From NCBI GenBank assembly GCA_030390025.1, contig CM059447.1, positions 48,794,001 to 48,858,000 on the forward strand: a DNA stretch of 64,000 nucleotides, given 5' to 3'. The position numbers and the translations under genes were made by a program. The DNA is from Squalus acanthias. Taxonomy: Eukaryota. The notes under the pieces are model-generated. The model worked only from the letters and a program-made list of their open reading frames with translations. It was not told the origin of the DNA and did not search any database. Positions 25,481 through 38,229 of the stretch are shown piece after piece; the first letter of the stretch is position 1; each line of letters begins with the position of its first letter.

Positions 25481-25804
25481 TTCTACCTGGAGTCATTGTT
25501 CTCACTGTCACTCTTGAAGGAGTAGAGATTAGGTTTTAAAGTTTCTTGCTCATTACTGCAATGGGTTCGATTCCCACTAAGTCTATGTTGTCCCATTTTT
25601 GCTCTGCGGGATTAATGTGTACTCGTGTCAGTGTCAGATTGACCTGGGAGTCTGCAGCACAGTGAGAGGATCACAACACGTGACTGTGCCCAGAGCTGGC
25701 ACAGTGTAAGGTGAGATGAGGTCAGAAGCCCACAGCGATTCCAAACCTTTCCAACTCGGCAGCAGGTTTTCAAATATCACTTACCTGTCATCTGGATCCA
25801 ACAA

Positions 25805-26880
25805 CTTCAAGGTGCTTCACAGGAGCATTACGAGACAAAATTTGACACCGAGACACACAAGGAGAAATTAGGACAGGCGACCAAAAGCTTGGTCAAAGAG
25901 GTCGGTTTTAAGGAGCATCTTAAAGGAGGAGAGAGAGGCGGAGAGGTTTAGGGAGGGAATTCCAGATCTTAGGGTCCAGGCAGCTGAAGGCACGGCCGCC
26001 AATGGTGGAGCGATGGAAATCGGGGGATGCGCAAGAGGCCAGAATTGGAGGAGCGCAGAGATCTCGAAAGGTTAAAGGGCTGGAGGAGGTGACAGAGATG
26101 GATTTGAACACGAGGATGAGAATTTAAAAATGGAGGTGTTGCCGGACCGGGAGCCAATGTAGGTCAGCGAGCACAGGGGGTGATGGGTGAACGGGACTTG
26201 GAGCGAGTTAGGACATGGGGGCGGCCAAGTTGTAAGATGGGAGGTTGGCCGGTTGAGCATTGGAATAGTCAAGTCTCGAGATTAACAAAGGCATAGGAAC
26301 AGGAGGAGGCCATTTAGCCCATCGAGCCTGTTCCACCATTCAATGAGATCATGGCTAATCTGCAACCTAACTCCATGTACCCGTCTTTGGCCCATATCCC
26401 TTCATACTTTTGGTTAACAGAAATCTATCAATCTCAGATTTAAAATTAACAACTGATCTAGCATCAATTGGCATGGAGGAGGGTTCCAGCAGCAGGTGTG
26501 CTGAGGCAGGTGCAGAGACAGGCGATGGAGCGGATATGTGGTCGGAAGCCCATCTCAGGGTCAAATAGGATGCCGAGGTTGCGAACAGTCTGGTTCAGCC
26601 TCAGACAGTTGCCAGGGAGAGGGATGGAGTCGGTGGCTAGGGAACGGAGTTTGTGGCGGGGAACCGAAGACACTGGTTTCAGTCTTCCCGATATTTGGTT
26701 GGAGGAAATTTCTGCTCATCCAGAACTGGATGTCGGGACAAGCAGTCTGACAATTTAAAGACAGTGGAGGGGTCGAGAGAGGTGGTGGTGAGGTTGCGCT
26801 GGGTGTCAGTGTACATGTGGAACCTGACGTCATGTGTTTTCGGATGATGTCGCTGAAGGGCAGCATGTAGATCCTGGGGG
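25805..26880 (-). mobile_element. L2 LINE fragment with nested CR1 3' end (~26290-26468)
   Basis: DIQFWMSRNFLQPNIGKTE and TVRNLGILFD remnants; same family as 2391-3527. Confidence 0.8.
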
Positions 26881-27546
26881 TTCAATGTCTTCCTGCTCGG
26901 GTCCAGTGTCCTGGGGGGGGAGCGAGGGTGAATTGACCAACTCTTGCCGCAGGTGGTGACGAGACGGACGATATATCACAGTGAGGGGAACAATAGGCTG
27001 CCCTGTGGTACCTGCCCAGCTCTCAGTGCTAGCTGCTATATGTGTACAGGTATGGGACAGCCATATTCCCCAAGCCCTCACTCTCCACAAACACTTCCAA
27101 ATCTCCATTAACCCAATATATACTGCCGCCTTCCCCCTGGTAACTGTTTCCACATTCTGTTACCCATGTGGGTGAAAAGTTCCCCCCGACTGGACTCCTT
27201 ATCCCTAATGCCCTCATTTTTATATTATCTCATGTCATGCCCTCTCCAAGCTCATCTTGTCCATGAGATCCACCTCCTGCTCCCTTGACCCTATTCCCAC
27301 TAAACTGCTCACCACCCAACTTACCTCCCTGGCCCCATGTTAGCTGATATTGTAAACGATTCCCTCTCCTCTGGTACTGTCCCCCTCCCTTTCAAAACCA
27401 CCGTAATCGCCCCTCTCCTCAAAAAACCTAACCATGGCTTTAAAAACTACAGCACCCCCGCCCATCTCCAACCTCCCTTCCTTCCCAAACTTGCTTAGGT
27501 TTTCAAACCTCCTTGTTGGAGGGAGGGGAGGGGAGACCCCGAGGTT

Positions 27547-28405
27547 TGAGATACTGGGAGAGGATGAGTTAAGATGGATTTCAACACAGCGGAGTAAGCA
27601 TGTGTAGGACGGGGGATTGGGGACATGGCAGGAGAGTTGGGGGAGCACATTCTCCAGCTCCTCAGTGTACCAGATACTTTCTCACACTGGGAGCGATCCT
27701 TGTCCTGTTCCTTACCCCACGCTCAATGCAGAAAGATTTTGATTAACAAGTCCCATTGGAGAGGTTGAATCGGGATTCATTCTCCGATAAAAACAGGAAC
27801 ACCAACAGACACATCCTGTTTATAGGAGATCAGCTGGGAGTATAATCCTCTCCTTCCCTCATCTTCACTGTCACAGGATGTACTTTATCCGAGGGATTAA
27901 CTTGGTTCTGTCCATTTCTAAATCCCTTTTCCCCCTCTTCGCCCTCCAGCTCCTACCAGAGTCCCCAGTGAGCAACACTCTTATCTATTCCATTTATCTT
28001 TCTGTCACAATCCGTGAAGGGGTCATATTCACAAGACCTTCGGTGTAACGTGACTGGGTCCCCTGATGGTGTAAAGATCATTGTCTCACTACCTTAGACT
28101 GTACACTGAGCAACATTTCAGCTACAAGCTACTGGAGACAGAATGTGGGCTCTGAGTGTCCAGGGGTCTCTCCCCCATCCCAGCCCAATCTCTCTCTCTC
28201 CTCCCCCAATCTCTCTCCCTCCCCCCCATTCCTCATTTTTCTCTCCCTCTCATCTTTCTTTCCCTTTCACTGTATCCCTCTTTCTCAGTGTCAGCTGGTA
28301 GCACCCTCACCTCTGGATTCGAGTCCCACTCCAGATACTTGAGCAAAAAAAATCTAGGCTGACACTCCCAGTGCCTGTACTGAGGGAGCGCCGCACTGTC
28401 GGAGG
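27547..28405. repeat. Local duplication, copy B of 24303-25130
   Basis: Direct alignment by eye. Confidence 0.9.
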
Positions 28406-29650
28406 GGCGGTACTGAGGGAGCGCCGCACCATCGGAGGGGGAGTGCTGAGGGAGCGCCGCACGTTCGGAGGGGCAGTACTGAGGGAGCGCCGCACTGTCG
28501 GAGGGGCAGTACTGAGGGAGTGCCGCACTATCGGGGGGCAGTACTGAGGGAGCGCCGCACTATCGGGGGGCAGTACTGAGGGAGTGCCGCACTGTCGGAG
28601 GGGCAGTGCTGAGGGAGCGTCGCACTGTCGGAGGGGCAGTGCTGAGGGAGCGTCGCACTGTCGGAGGAGCAGTACTGAGGGAGCGCCGCACTGTCGGAGG
28701 GGCAGTACTGAGGGAGCACCGCACTGTGGGAGGGGCGGTACTGAGGGAGCGCCGCACCATCGGAGGGGGAGTGCTGAGGGAGCGCCGCACTGTCGGAGGG
28801 GCAGTACTGAGGGAGCGCCACACTGTCGGAGGGGCAGTACTGAGGGAGTGCCGCACTATCGGGGGGCAGTACTGAGGGAGCGCCGCACTGTCGGAGGGGC
28901 GGTACTGAGGGAGCGCCGCACTGTCGGAGGGGCGGTACTGAGGGAGTGCCGCACTGTCGGAGGGGCGGTACTGAGGGAGCGCCGCACTGTCGGAGGGGCG
29001 GTACTGAGGGAGTGCCGCACTGTCTGAGGGGCAGTACTGAGGGAGCGCTGCACTGTCGGAGAGGCAGTACTGAGGGAGTGCTACACTGTCGGAGGGGCAG
29101 TACTGAGGGAGCGCCGCACTGTCTGAGAGGCAGTACTGAGGGAGCGCAGCACTGTCAGAGAGGCAGTACTGAGGGAGCACCGCACTGTCGGAGGGGCAGT
29201 ACTGAGGGAGCGCCGCACTGTCTGAGAGGAAGTACTGAAGGAACGCCGCACTGTCAGAGAGGCAGTACTGAGGGAGCGCCGCACTGTCGGAGGGGTGGTA
29301 CTGAGGGAGCGCTGCACTGTCGGAGGTGCTGTCTTTCGGATGAGACGTTAAACCGAGGCCCTGTCTGCTCTCTCAGGTGGACATAAAAGATCCCACGGCA
29401 CTATTTCGGAGAAGAGCAGGGGGAGTTCTCCCTTGTGTCCTGGGGCCAATATTTATCCCTCAACCAACATCACTAAAACAGATGATCTGGTCATTATCAC
29501 ATTGCTGTTTGTGGGAGCTTGCTGTGCGCAAATTGGCTGCTGCGTTTCCTACATTACAACAGTGACTACACTTCAAAAAGTACTTCATTGGTTGTAAAGC
29601 GCTTTGGGACATCCGGTGGTCGTGAAAGGCGCTGGAGAAATGCGAGTCTT
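28290..29650 (+). mobile_element. SacSINE1-like SINE with ~29 copies of the 33-bp internal unit
   Basis: Head shared with 25010-25130, array ~28375-29325, Deu core and tail follow. Confidence 0.8.
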
Positions 29651-30544
29651 TCTCCTTATTTCTTGCCATCCTTTTCTTTGTCTCTTATCTCTTTGTCTTC
29701 CTCTCCCTCCTTCCCTCTCTTTCTCTCCCTTTCTTGTATCTCTTTTTCTCCCCCTCACATTCTTTCTCTCCTACCCTCTCTTTCTCTCCCTCCCTTGTAT
29801 GGCTCTCTCTTCCTCTCGCTCTCTCCCATTCCCCAGCAGGAGGGACTCACGTCCTTGAGCTCGGCCCCAACACCAGCCCATGAATCAATCAGCGACGGCC
29901 GTGGATTTTATTGTCACGTGGCCTTGTTGCCATCTCGAGTCGCACAAAGTGAAGGTCAGCAGGGGTCATCGTCAATCGATCCGCTCGCAGGTCGCTGACC
30001 GCCAGGCTCCCAGACTATTCGGCTAATGAAATATTATCATTTCGAGGTGATTTACGGAGGGCCCCTGCTTTTCAGTTACTGGCCGGTAACTAACTTCACC
30101 GCTGGCTATAAATCCACAGAAACAGAACAGCAGCTTCAGACCGCGCTGGTGTAAATCCATCAGCGGGAGTGGGGGGGCGACTCGGCCCCGGACACGCCCA
30201 GCACAGCAGCCACAGTCTGAGGCTCAGGCTGCCCTGGACAGGGTCCCAAGGGACTGACGGGCAAGACGCCCCAAGTCCTGCAACCGGCAACACCTCGGGC
30301 TGCTCACAGCCGAGAATCGGACTCGGACAAAGAGGCCGCTCGGCCTGGAGCTGCGGCCTGGCGCGCCGAGGGTGGATTCTGTTCCCTCCTGGGCCACAGA
30401 GGATCACAGAAATTTACAGCACAGAAGGAGGCCATTCGGCCCATTGTGTCTGTGCCGGCATCATGGAGGCTAATTGGAGCCACCTTCTTAAAAAAGACAG
30501 ACTGCGGTTTATATTTACAGACCATCAGCAGGTCTGAGAAAGGC

Positions 30545-31345
30545 AGCGATTGCTGCTTTGCAGGTGAATGAGGCAGCCGTTAGTGCACAGCAAGGTCCCA
30601 CAAACAGCATTGAAATGAATGACCAGCTAATTTGTTTTTTTGGTTGAGGATTGTTGGCCCAGGAGATCAGGGAGGACTCCCCTGATCATCTTCGAATAGT
30701 GCAGTGGGATCTTTAACATACTGAGCAGGCAGACGGGGCCTCGGTTTAACATCTCATTCAGAAGATGGCACCTCCGACAGTGCGGCGCTCCCTCAGTACT
30801 GCCCCTCTGACAGTGCGGCGCTCCCTCAGTACTGCCCCTCCGACAGTGCGGTGCTCCCTCAGTACCGCCCCTCCGACAGTGCGGTGCTCCCTCAGTACCG
30901 CCCCTCCGACAGTGCGGCCCTCCCTCAGTACTGCCCCTCCGACAGTGAGGCGCTCCCTCAGTACCGCCCCTCCGACAATGCGGCGCTCCCTCAGTACTGA
31001 CCCTCTAACAATGCGGCACTCCCTCAGTACTGCCCCTCCCACAGTGTGGCGCTCCCTCAGTACTGCCCCTCCGACAGTGCGGCACTCCCTCAGTACTGCC
31101 CCCCCGACAGTGCGGCGCTCCCTCAGTACTGCCCCTCCGACAGTGCGGCACTCCCTCAGTACTGCCCCTCCGACAGTGCGGCACTTCCTCGGTACTGCCC
31201 CTCCGACAGTGCGGCGCTCCCTCTGGTACTGCCCCTCCGACAGTGCGGCGCTCCCTCAGTACTGCCCCTCCGACAGTGCGGTGCTCCCTCAGTACTGTAC
31301 TGGGAGCGCCGGCCTGGATTATGGGCTCGAGTGGGGTTCGAACCC
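30545..31345 (-). mobile_element. SacSINE1-like SINE with 33-bp array, minus strand
   Basis: Reverse-complement array 30770-31300 flanked by Deu core and GGTTCGAACCCC head. Confidence 0.75.
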
Positions 31346-32002
31346 ACGACCCAAACGCCAACCCGTGTGTTATTAGACCAGCTGTGTTTCTCAGGCATTT
31401 TATTCCCGAATGTGAGGCACTGGTTCCAACTTGTACACTTCCTGAACGTGTGAGGGCAGCTGCACGCAGCACCTGAAGGTGAGTCTTGATAGCGTGGTAT
31501 CTCCAACAGAGCCGCACAACCATCTATTATTCACTAAGTGAGCCATTAAAGCATTAGGGAAGCCTGATGGGAGCTGAAACTATTAGATTTAGTGGGTCTC
31601 ACCCTGATTCCTATCGACAGCACACAACAGATATCAGGGACGGAAACCCTCACTGCCCAGATAGATTTTTTATTCTTGGGATGCAGGCAACATTGGCAAG
31701 GCAGCATTTACTGCCCATCCCCAGCCGACGAGATGGTGTGAGACTGGAGTCACATGTAGGGGGGGAGGCAGGTTCCCTTCCCTGAAGGGAGTTCGTGAAC
31801 CAGTTGGGTTTGTTATGAAAATCCGTCAGATTTCGCAGTCATTTTTTCCCCCTGGTGCCAACCCACAAATTACCAGATCTTTTTACAACGGTGGGTTTTG
31901 AACGCTCGACCTCGGGCATAACCAGGCCACCATACTGCCGTTGAATCCATTGGGATTCTGTACAGTGGGAGTGAATGGGAAGGGGTTTGATCCATTGGAA
32001 AA

Positions 32003-32500
32003 TGGTCTGCGTTTACCGGGCTCCGGGCTGCGTTTGCCGGGAGAGGGTCTGCGTTTGCCGGGTGCGGGTCTGCGTTTGCCGGGAGCCGGGCTGCGTTTGC
32101 CGGGAGCCGGGCTGCGGTTGCCGGGAGCGGGTCTGCGTTTGCCGGGAGAGGGTCTGCGTTTGCCGGGTGCGGGTCTGCGGTTGCCGGGAGCCGAGCTGCG
32201 TTTGCCGGGAGCCGGGCTGCGTTTGCCGGGAGCCGGGCTGCGTTTGCCGGGAGCCGGGCTGCGTTTGCCGGGAGCGGGTCTGCGTTTGCCGGGAGCCGGG
32301 CTGCGTTTGCCGGGAGCGGGTCTGCGTTTGCCGGGAGTGGGTCTGCGTTTGCCGGGAGCCGGGCTGCGTTTGCCGGGAGCCGGGCTGCGTTTGCCGGGAG
32401 CGGGTCTGCGTTTGCCGGGAGCCGGGTCTGCGTTTGCCGGGAGTGGGTCTGCGTTTGCCGGGAGTGGGTCTGCGTTTGCCGGGAGTGGGTCTGCGTTTGA
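32003..32500. repeat. 21-bp minisatellite (GGGCTGCGTTTGCCGGGAGCC), ~23 copies
   Basis: Direct periodicity; gives the GLRLPGA pseudo-ORF. Confidence 0.95.
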
Positions 32501-33207
32501 CTTCGGCCCCTGTACCTTGCTGTAAACTTCCAGAAAGACTAATCAAGCACAACGAAGCGATGTTTCCAATGTCTTCAGTGAACAGAAGCACTCTGAAAAT
32601 TTCGTGAATTGTGGCTCGTGGTATTTTTTTATATATGACCTGCTTTGTTAGCTCAGTACCTTGCAGGCAGGCTGAAAGCATTGCAACCTACATTTCATGC
32701 ACGACTGATAGAATCAGCTCTTTTTCAGCACGGTCGATTTGCATTAAGGTCAGGCCGTGTGCTGTAGAACAGCTCCGTCACCATCTCCTAGCAACCACCG
32801 GTGCACTTAGCCTTCCCGTTCTCTCTCACAAGACATTCTGTACCTTGTTGGTGCGATTCCCTTGATGACTCGCTGCCCTTCAACCTGAGACTGGGGCACT
32901 TTTCCCTGAACTCAATTAAGTGATGGGGTGACTCAGGTGACCTTCCAGTTAATGGATTATCTTTAACCTCAGCCGATCTGGGCACAGCTCAGGCTGTCGG
33001 CAGCTGTAATCTCCGAGCCTGCTGACTGTCCTGACATCTGCAGAACACAAATCAAGTTACAGTCGCAGTTAAAGAGAGCCGAGAGCCGGCCTTCTCTTCA
33101 GCTTTACCAGCCAGGAATTACAGTCCATCTAAGTTCACGTGTCAGTTCCTGAGTCATGTTCCTTCTTCATTCAAAGATTTCCTCTAAAATGCTAAATATA
33201 AGCTGCC

Positions 33208-34620
33208 TGGGGGCAGTACTGAGGGAGCGCCGCACTGTCGGAGGGGCAGTGCTGAGGGAGCGCCGCACTGTCGGAGGGGCGGTACTGAGGGAGTGCCGCA
33301 CTGTCGGATGGGCGGTACTGAGGGAGCGCCGCACTGTCGGAGGGGCGGTACTGAGGGAGTGCCGCACTGTCGGAGGGGCGGTACTGAGGGAGCGCCGCAC
33401 TGTCGGAGGGGCGGTACTGAGGGAGCGCTGCACTGTCGGAGGGGCGGTACTGAGGGAGCGCTGCACTGTCGGAGGGGCGGTACTGAGGGAGCGACGGTAC
33501 CGAGGGAGTGCCGCACTGTCAGAGGGGCGGTACTGAGGGAGCGCTGCACTGTCGGAGGGGCGGTACTGAGGGAGCGCCGCACTGTTGAGGGGCAGTACTG
33601 AGGGAGCGCCGCACTGTGGGAGGGGCAGTACTGAGGGAGCGCCGCACTGTCGGAGGGGCGGTACTGAGGGAGCGCCGCACTGTCGGAGGGACGGTACTGA
33701 GGGAGTGCCGCACTGTCGGAGGGGCAGTAATGAGGGAGCGCTGCACTGTGGGAGGGGCAGTACTGAGGGAGCGCCGCACTGTCGGAGGGGCGGTACTGAG
33801 GGTGAGCCGCACTGTCAGAGGGACGGTACTGAGGGAGTGCCGCACTGTGGGAGGGGCAGTACTGAGGGAGCGCCGCACTGTCGGAGGGGCAGTACTGAGG
33901 GAGTGCCGCACCGTCGGAGGGGCGGTACTGAGGGAGCGCCGCGCTGTCGAAGGGGCAGTACTGAGGGAGTGCCGCACCGTCGGAGGGGCGGTACTGAGGG
34001 AGCGCCGCGCTGTCGAAGGGGCAGTACTGAGGGAGTGCCGCACCGTCGGAGGGGCGGTACTGAGGGAGCGCCGCACTGTCGGAGGGGCAGTACTGAGGGA
34101 GCGCCGCACCGTCGGAGGGGCAGTACTGAGGGAGTGCCGCACTGTGGGAGGGGCAGTACTGAGGGAGCGCCGCACTGTCGGAGGGGCAGTACTGAGGGAG
34201 TGCCGCACTGTCGGAGGGGCAGTACTGAGGGAGCGCCGCACTGTCGGAGGGGCAGTACTGAGGGAGCGCCGCACTGTCGGAGGGGCAGTACTGAGGGAGT
34301 GCCGCACCGTCGGAGGGGCGGTACTGAGGGAGCGCCGCACTGTCGGAGGGGCGGTACTGAGGGAGCGCCGCACTGTCGGTGGGGCCGTCTTTCGGATGAG
34401 ACGTTAAACCGAGGCCAATATTTATCCATCAACCATCATCACGAACACAGATGATCTGGTCATTATCACATTGCTGTTTGTGGGAGCTTGCTGTGCGCAA
34501 TTTGGCTGCCGCGTTTCCCACATTACAACAGCGACTACACTTCAAAAAGTACTTCATGGGCTGTAAAGCGCTTTGGGACGTCCTGAGGTGGCGTAAGGCG
34601 CTGGAGAAACGCGAGTCTTG
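33208..34620 (+). mobile_element. 5'-truncated SacSINE1-like SINE with ~35 copies of the 33-bp unit
   Basis: Array 33208-34380 followed by CTTTCGGATGAGACGTTAAACCGAGGCC core and tail. Confidence 0.75.
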
Positions 34621-34947
34621 TTTTTTTTTTAAACGAGTTCAGAACCTCTCAAATAGTGCGGACATGACTTTAAAAAGCACACCTGTTCATTTTTATTTAT
34701 TTAAGTTTATACAACACCTGGCTTCGTGACCCCGGCTCCTGCGCTGGGGGTTAGGGAGGCTGCGACCTCAGGGAGCGTTCCCGACCCCCGGAAAAGCGAG
34801 TCCCTTTCCTTGTAAAGTTGCGACCAGGCCTCCCGTTGCCGAGAGAGGGATGAAACCCCCCTCAGCTCAGGCCTGCTTTCGAAGCCACACGGGGTCAGCT
34901 CCTGTCCCGTCTCCTGGGCCCAAGTGAACGGACTTGGCGAGAGAACG

Positions 34948-35222
34948 TCACTGAACGGCCATGTAAGGCCAGCTGAAGCTGGTGCCCGACAGCAGCATGT
35001 CCCTGATGAGCGTTTCGATCGGGGTCTTACCCACCAGGCGCACAAAGAAGAGCTGCTCGATGACGGGGGAGGAAACCACTCGCAGCGAGGGCAACCGCAG
35101 CAGCAGCTTGCCGAAGCGGTTGGGCTGGTTGGGGTACTGGTTGCGGCTGTAATCCTCCAGGGCACTCTGGCATTTCTCCTGCAGGCTCTCCACGTGGGCC
35201 GGGTCCGAGAGGCCGCAGGCAT
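34948..35222 (-). CDS. NR2F5: COUP-TF/NR2F nuclear receptor, last coding exon (C-terminal LBD); most like NR2F5
   Basis: TTTTCCCTGCAG acceptor, phase 1; [17 protein letters not shown]...[56 protein letters not shown]; VSSPVIEQ recalled as NR2F5-type; minus-strand AATAAA ~34692-34701. Family certain, paralogue assignment less so. Confidence 0.8.
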
Positions 35223-35269
35223 CTGCAGGGAAAACACACAACAGGGCACAGGGTTTAGATGGCGGGCAG

Positions 35270-36520
35270 CTCCCCGTAACCCACCGGCGCAGCTCCCCGT
35301 AACCCACAGACACCCCTCCCCGTAACCCACAGACACCCCTCCCCGTAACCCACAGTCACCCCTCCCCGTAACCCACAGACACCCCTCCCCGTAACCCACA
35401 ATCACCCCTCCCTGTAACCCACAGACACCCCTCCCCGTAACCCACAGACACCCCTCCCCGTAACCCACAATCACCCCTCCCTGTAACCCACAGACACCCC
35501 TCCCCGTAACCCACAGACACCCCTCCCCGTAACCCACAGTCACCCCTCCCCGTAACCCACAGACACCCCTCCCCGTAACCCACAGACACCCCTCCCCGTA
35601 ACCCAGTCACCCCTCCCCGTAACCCACAGACACCCCTCCCCGTAACCCAGTCACCCCTCCCCGTAACCCACAGACACCCCTCCCCGTAACCCACAGACAC
35701 CCCTCCCCGTAACCCACAGACACCCCTCCCCGTAACCCACAGACACCCCTCCCCGTAACCCACAGACACCCCTCCCCGTAACCCACAGACACCCCTCCCC
35801 GTAACCCACAGACACCCCTCCCCGTAACCCACAGGCACCCCTCCCCGTAACCACCCCTCCCTGTAACCCACAGACACCCCTCCCCGTAACCCACAGACAC
35901 CCATTCCCGTAACCCACAGGCACCCCTCCCCGTAACCCACAGGCACCCCTCCCCGTAACCCACAGGCACCCCTCCCCGTAACCCACAGGCACCCCTCCCC
36001 GTAACCCACAGGCACCCCTCCCCGTAACCCACAGACACCCATCCCCGTAACCCACAGACACCCCTCCCCGTAACCCACAGACACCCCTCCCCGTAACCCA
36101 CAGACACCCCTCCCCGTAACCCACAGACACCCCTCCCCGTAACCCACAGACACCCCTCCCCGTAACCCACAGACACCCCTCCCCGTAACCCACAGACACC
36201 CCTCCCCGTAACCCACAGACACCCCTCCCCGTAACCCACAGACACCCCTCCCCGTAACCCACAGACACCCCTCCCCGTAACCCACAGACACCCCTCCCCG
36301 TAACCCACAGACACCCCTCCCCGTAACCCACAGACACCCCTCCCCGTAACCCACAGACACCCCTCCCCGTAACCCAGACACCCCTCCCCGTAACCCACAG
36401 ACATCCCTCCGCATAACCCAGATACACCCCTCCCCATAACCCACAGACACCCCTCCCCGTAACCACCCCTCCCCGTAACCCACAGACACCCCTCCCCGTA
36501 ACCCACAGACACCCCTCCCC
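35270..36520. repeat. 23-bp minisatellite (CACCCCTCCCCGTAACCCACAGA), ~54 copies
   Basis: Direct periodicity; intronic, ~50 nt from the NR2F acceptor. Confidence 0.95.
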
Positions 36521-36646
36521 GTGGGCCCAGGCTTCGACCCTGCTCCATCCCTCGCCTTACTGGCAAAGAACATTGCATTCCCGATGTTACCCGGTCGAGG
36601 GGCCTGGAGAAGATGGCGATGTGATGAGAATGACAGAAATGTGCCG

Positions 36647-37053
36647 GAGTTTAGAAGAATGAGAGGGGATCTTATTGAAACATTTAAGATACTGAGGGAG
36701 CTCGATAGGGTGGATGCAGAGAGGATGTTTCCCCTCGTGGGGGAATCTAGAACTCGGGGGCATAGTTTCAGAATAAAGGGTCGCCCTTTTAGAACGGAGT
36801 TGAGGAGGAATTTCTTCTCTCAGAGGGTCGTAAATCTGTGGAATTCTCTGCCCCAGAGGGCTGTGGAGGCTGGGTCATTGAATATATTTAAAGTGGAGTT
36901 AGACAGATTTTTGAACGATAAGGGAGTCTAGGGTTATGGGGAGCGGGCGGGGAAGTGGAGTTGAGGCCAAGATCAGATCGGCCATGATCTTATTGAATGG
37001 TGGAGCAGGCTCGAGGGGCCGAACGGCCGACTCCTGCTCCTAATTCTTATGTT
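36647..37053 (+). mobile_element. CR1 3' end
   Basis: EFRRMRGDLIETFKIL..RNFFSQRVVNLWNSLP; TTCTTATGTTC tail. Confidence 0.85.
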
Positions 37054-37249
37054 CTGATGTTGCGATGTTACTGAAGCCTGTATTTCACTCATTCTCGGGG
37101 TGTGGGCATCGCTGGCATTGATTGCCCATCCCAGCTGCCCTGAGAATGTGATGGTCGGTCTGTTCATCTGCAAAACAATACACGCCAGCTTAATTCAGTC
37201 TGCAGTGAGTCTGTCTCACCCCAGGACCCTCATCCCGAAATTCCCGGTT

Positions 37250-38000
37250 GCTGGGGAACGGCTCCTGATATTCCCGGTTCCCGGCGAGCTGCTCCCGATA
37301 TTCCCAGTTCCCGGCGAGCTGCTCCCAATATTCCCGGTGAGCTGCTCCCAATATTCCCGGTGAGCTGCTCCCAATATTCCCGGTGAGCTGCTCCCAATAT
37401 TCCCAGTTCCCGGTGAGCTGCTCCCAATATTCCCAGTTCCCGGTGAGCTGCTCCCAATATTCCCAGTTCCCGGTGAGCTGCTCCCAATATTCCCAGTTCG
37501 CTGCTCCCAATATTCCCGGTGAGCTGCTCCCAATATTCCCGGCGAGCTGCTCCCAATATTCCCGGTGAGCTGCTCCCAATATTCCCAGTTCCCGGTGAGC
37601 TGCTCCCAATATTCCCAGTTCCCGGTGAGCTGCTCCCAATATTTCCGGCAAGCTGCTCCCAATATTCCCGGCAAGCTGCTCCCAATATTCCCAGTGAGCT
37701 GCTCCCAATATTCCCAGTGAGCTGCTCCCAATATTCCCAGTGAGCTGCTCCCAATATTCCCAGTGAGCTGCTCCCGATATTCCCGGTGAGCTGCTCCCAA
37801 TATTCCCAGTTTACGGGGAGCTGCTCCCGATATTCCCAGTTCCCGGTGAGCTGCTCCCAATATTCCCAGTTCCTGGTGAGCTGCTCCCGATATTCCCAGT
37901 GAGCTGCTCCCGATATTCCCAGTTTACGGAGAGCTGCTCCCGATATTCCCTATTTACGGGGAGCTGCTCCCGATATTCCCAGTTCCTGGTGAGCTGCTCC
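37250..38000. repeat. 23/30-bp minisatellite (GAGCTGCTCCCAATATTCCC[AGTTCCC]GGT)
   Basis: Direct periodicity with two unit lengths. Confidence 0.9.
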
Positions 38001-38229
38001 GGATGTCCCCAAATGAACGCACTGAGGTTGAAGTTTGGCCCACCCAGGGAACCCCGCACAGGATGCGATGTTACAATTAGCAGCTTTAAATGATGAATTG
38101 ATTTCAAATCATTCCCTTTAACTTTGCCATGTTGGAGGTGAGGGTCTGTATCGCCACGCTGGGACCAATGTTCCCTCTCATTTCTATCTCCACGCTGGGC
38201 TCTCATCCCAGGATACCAGGAATTGGAGA

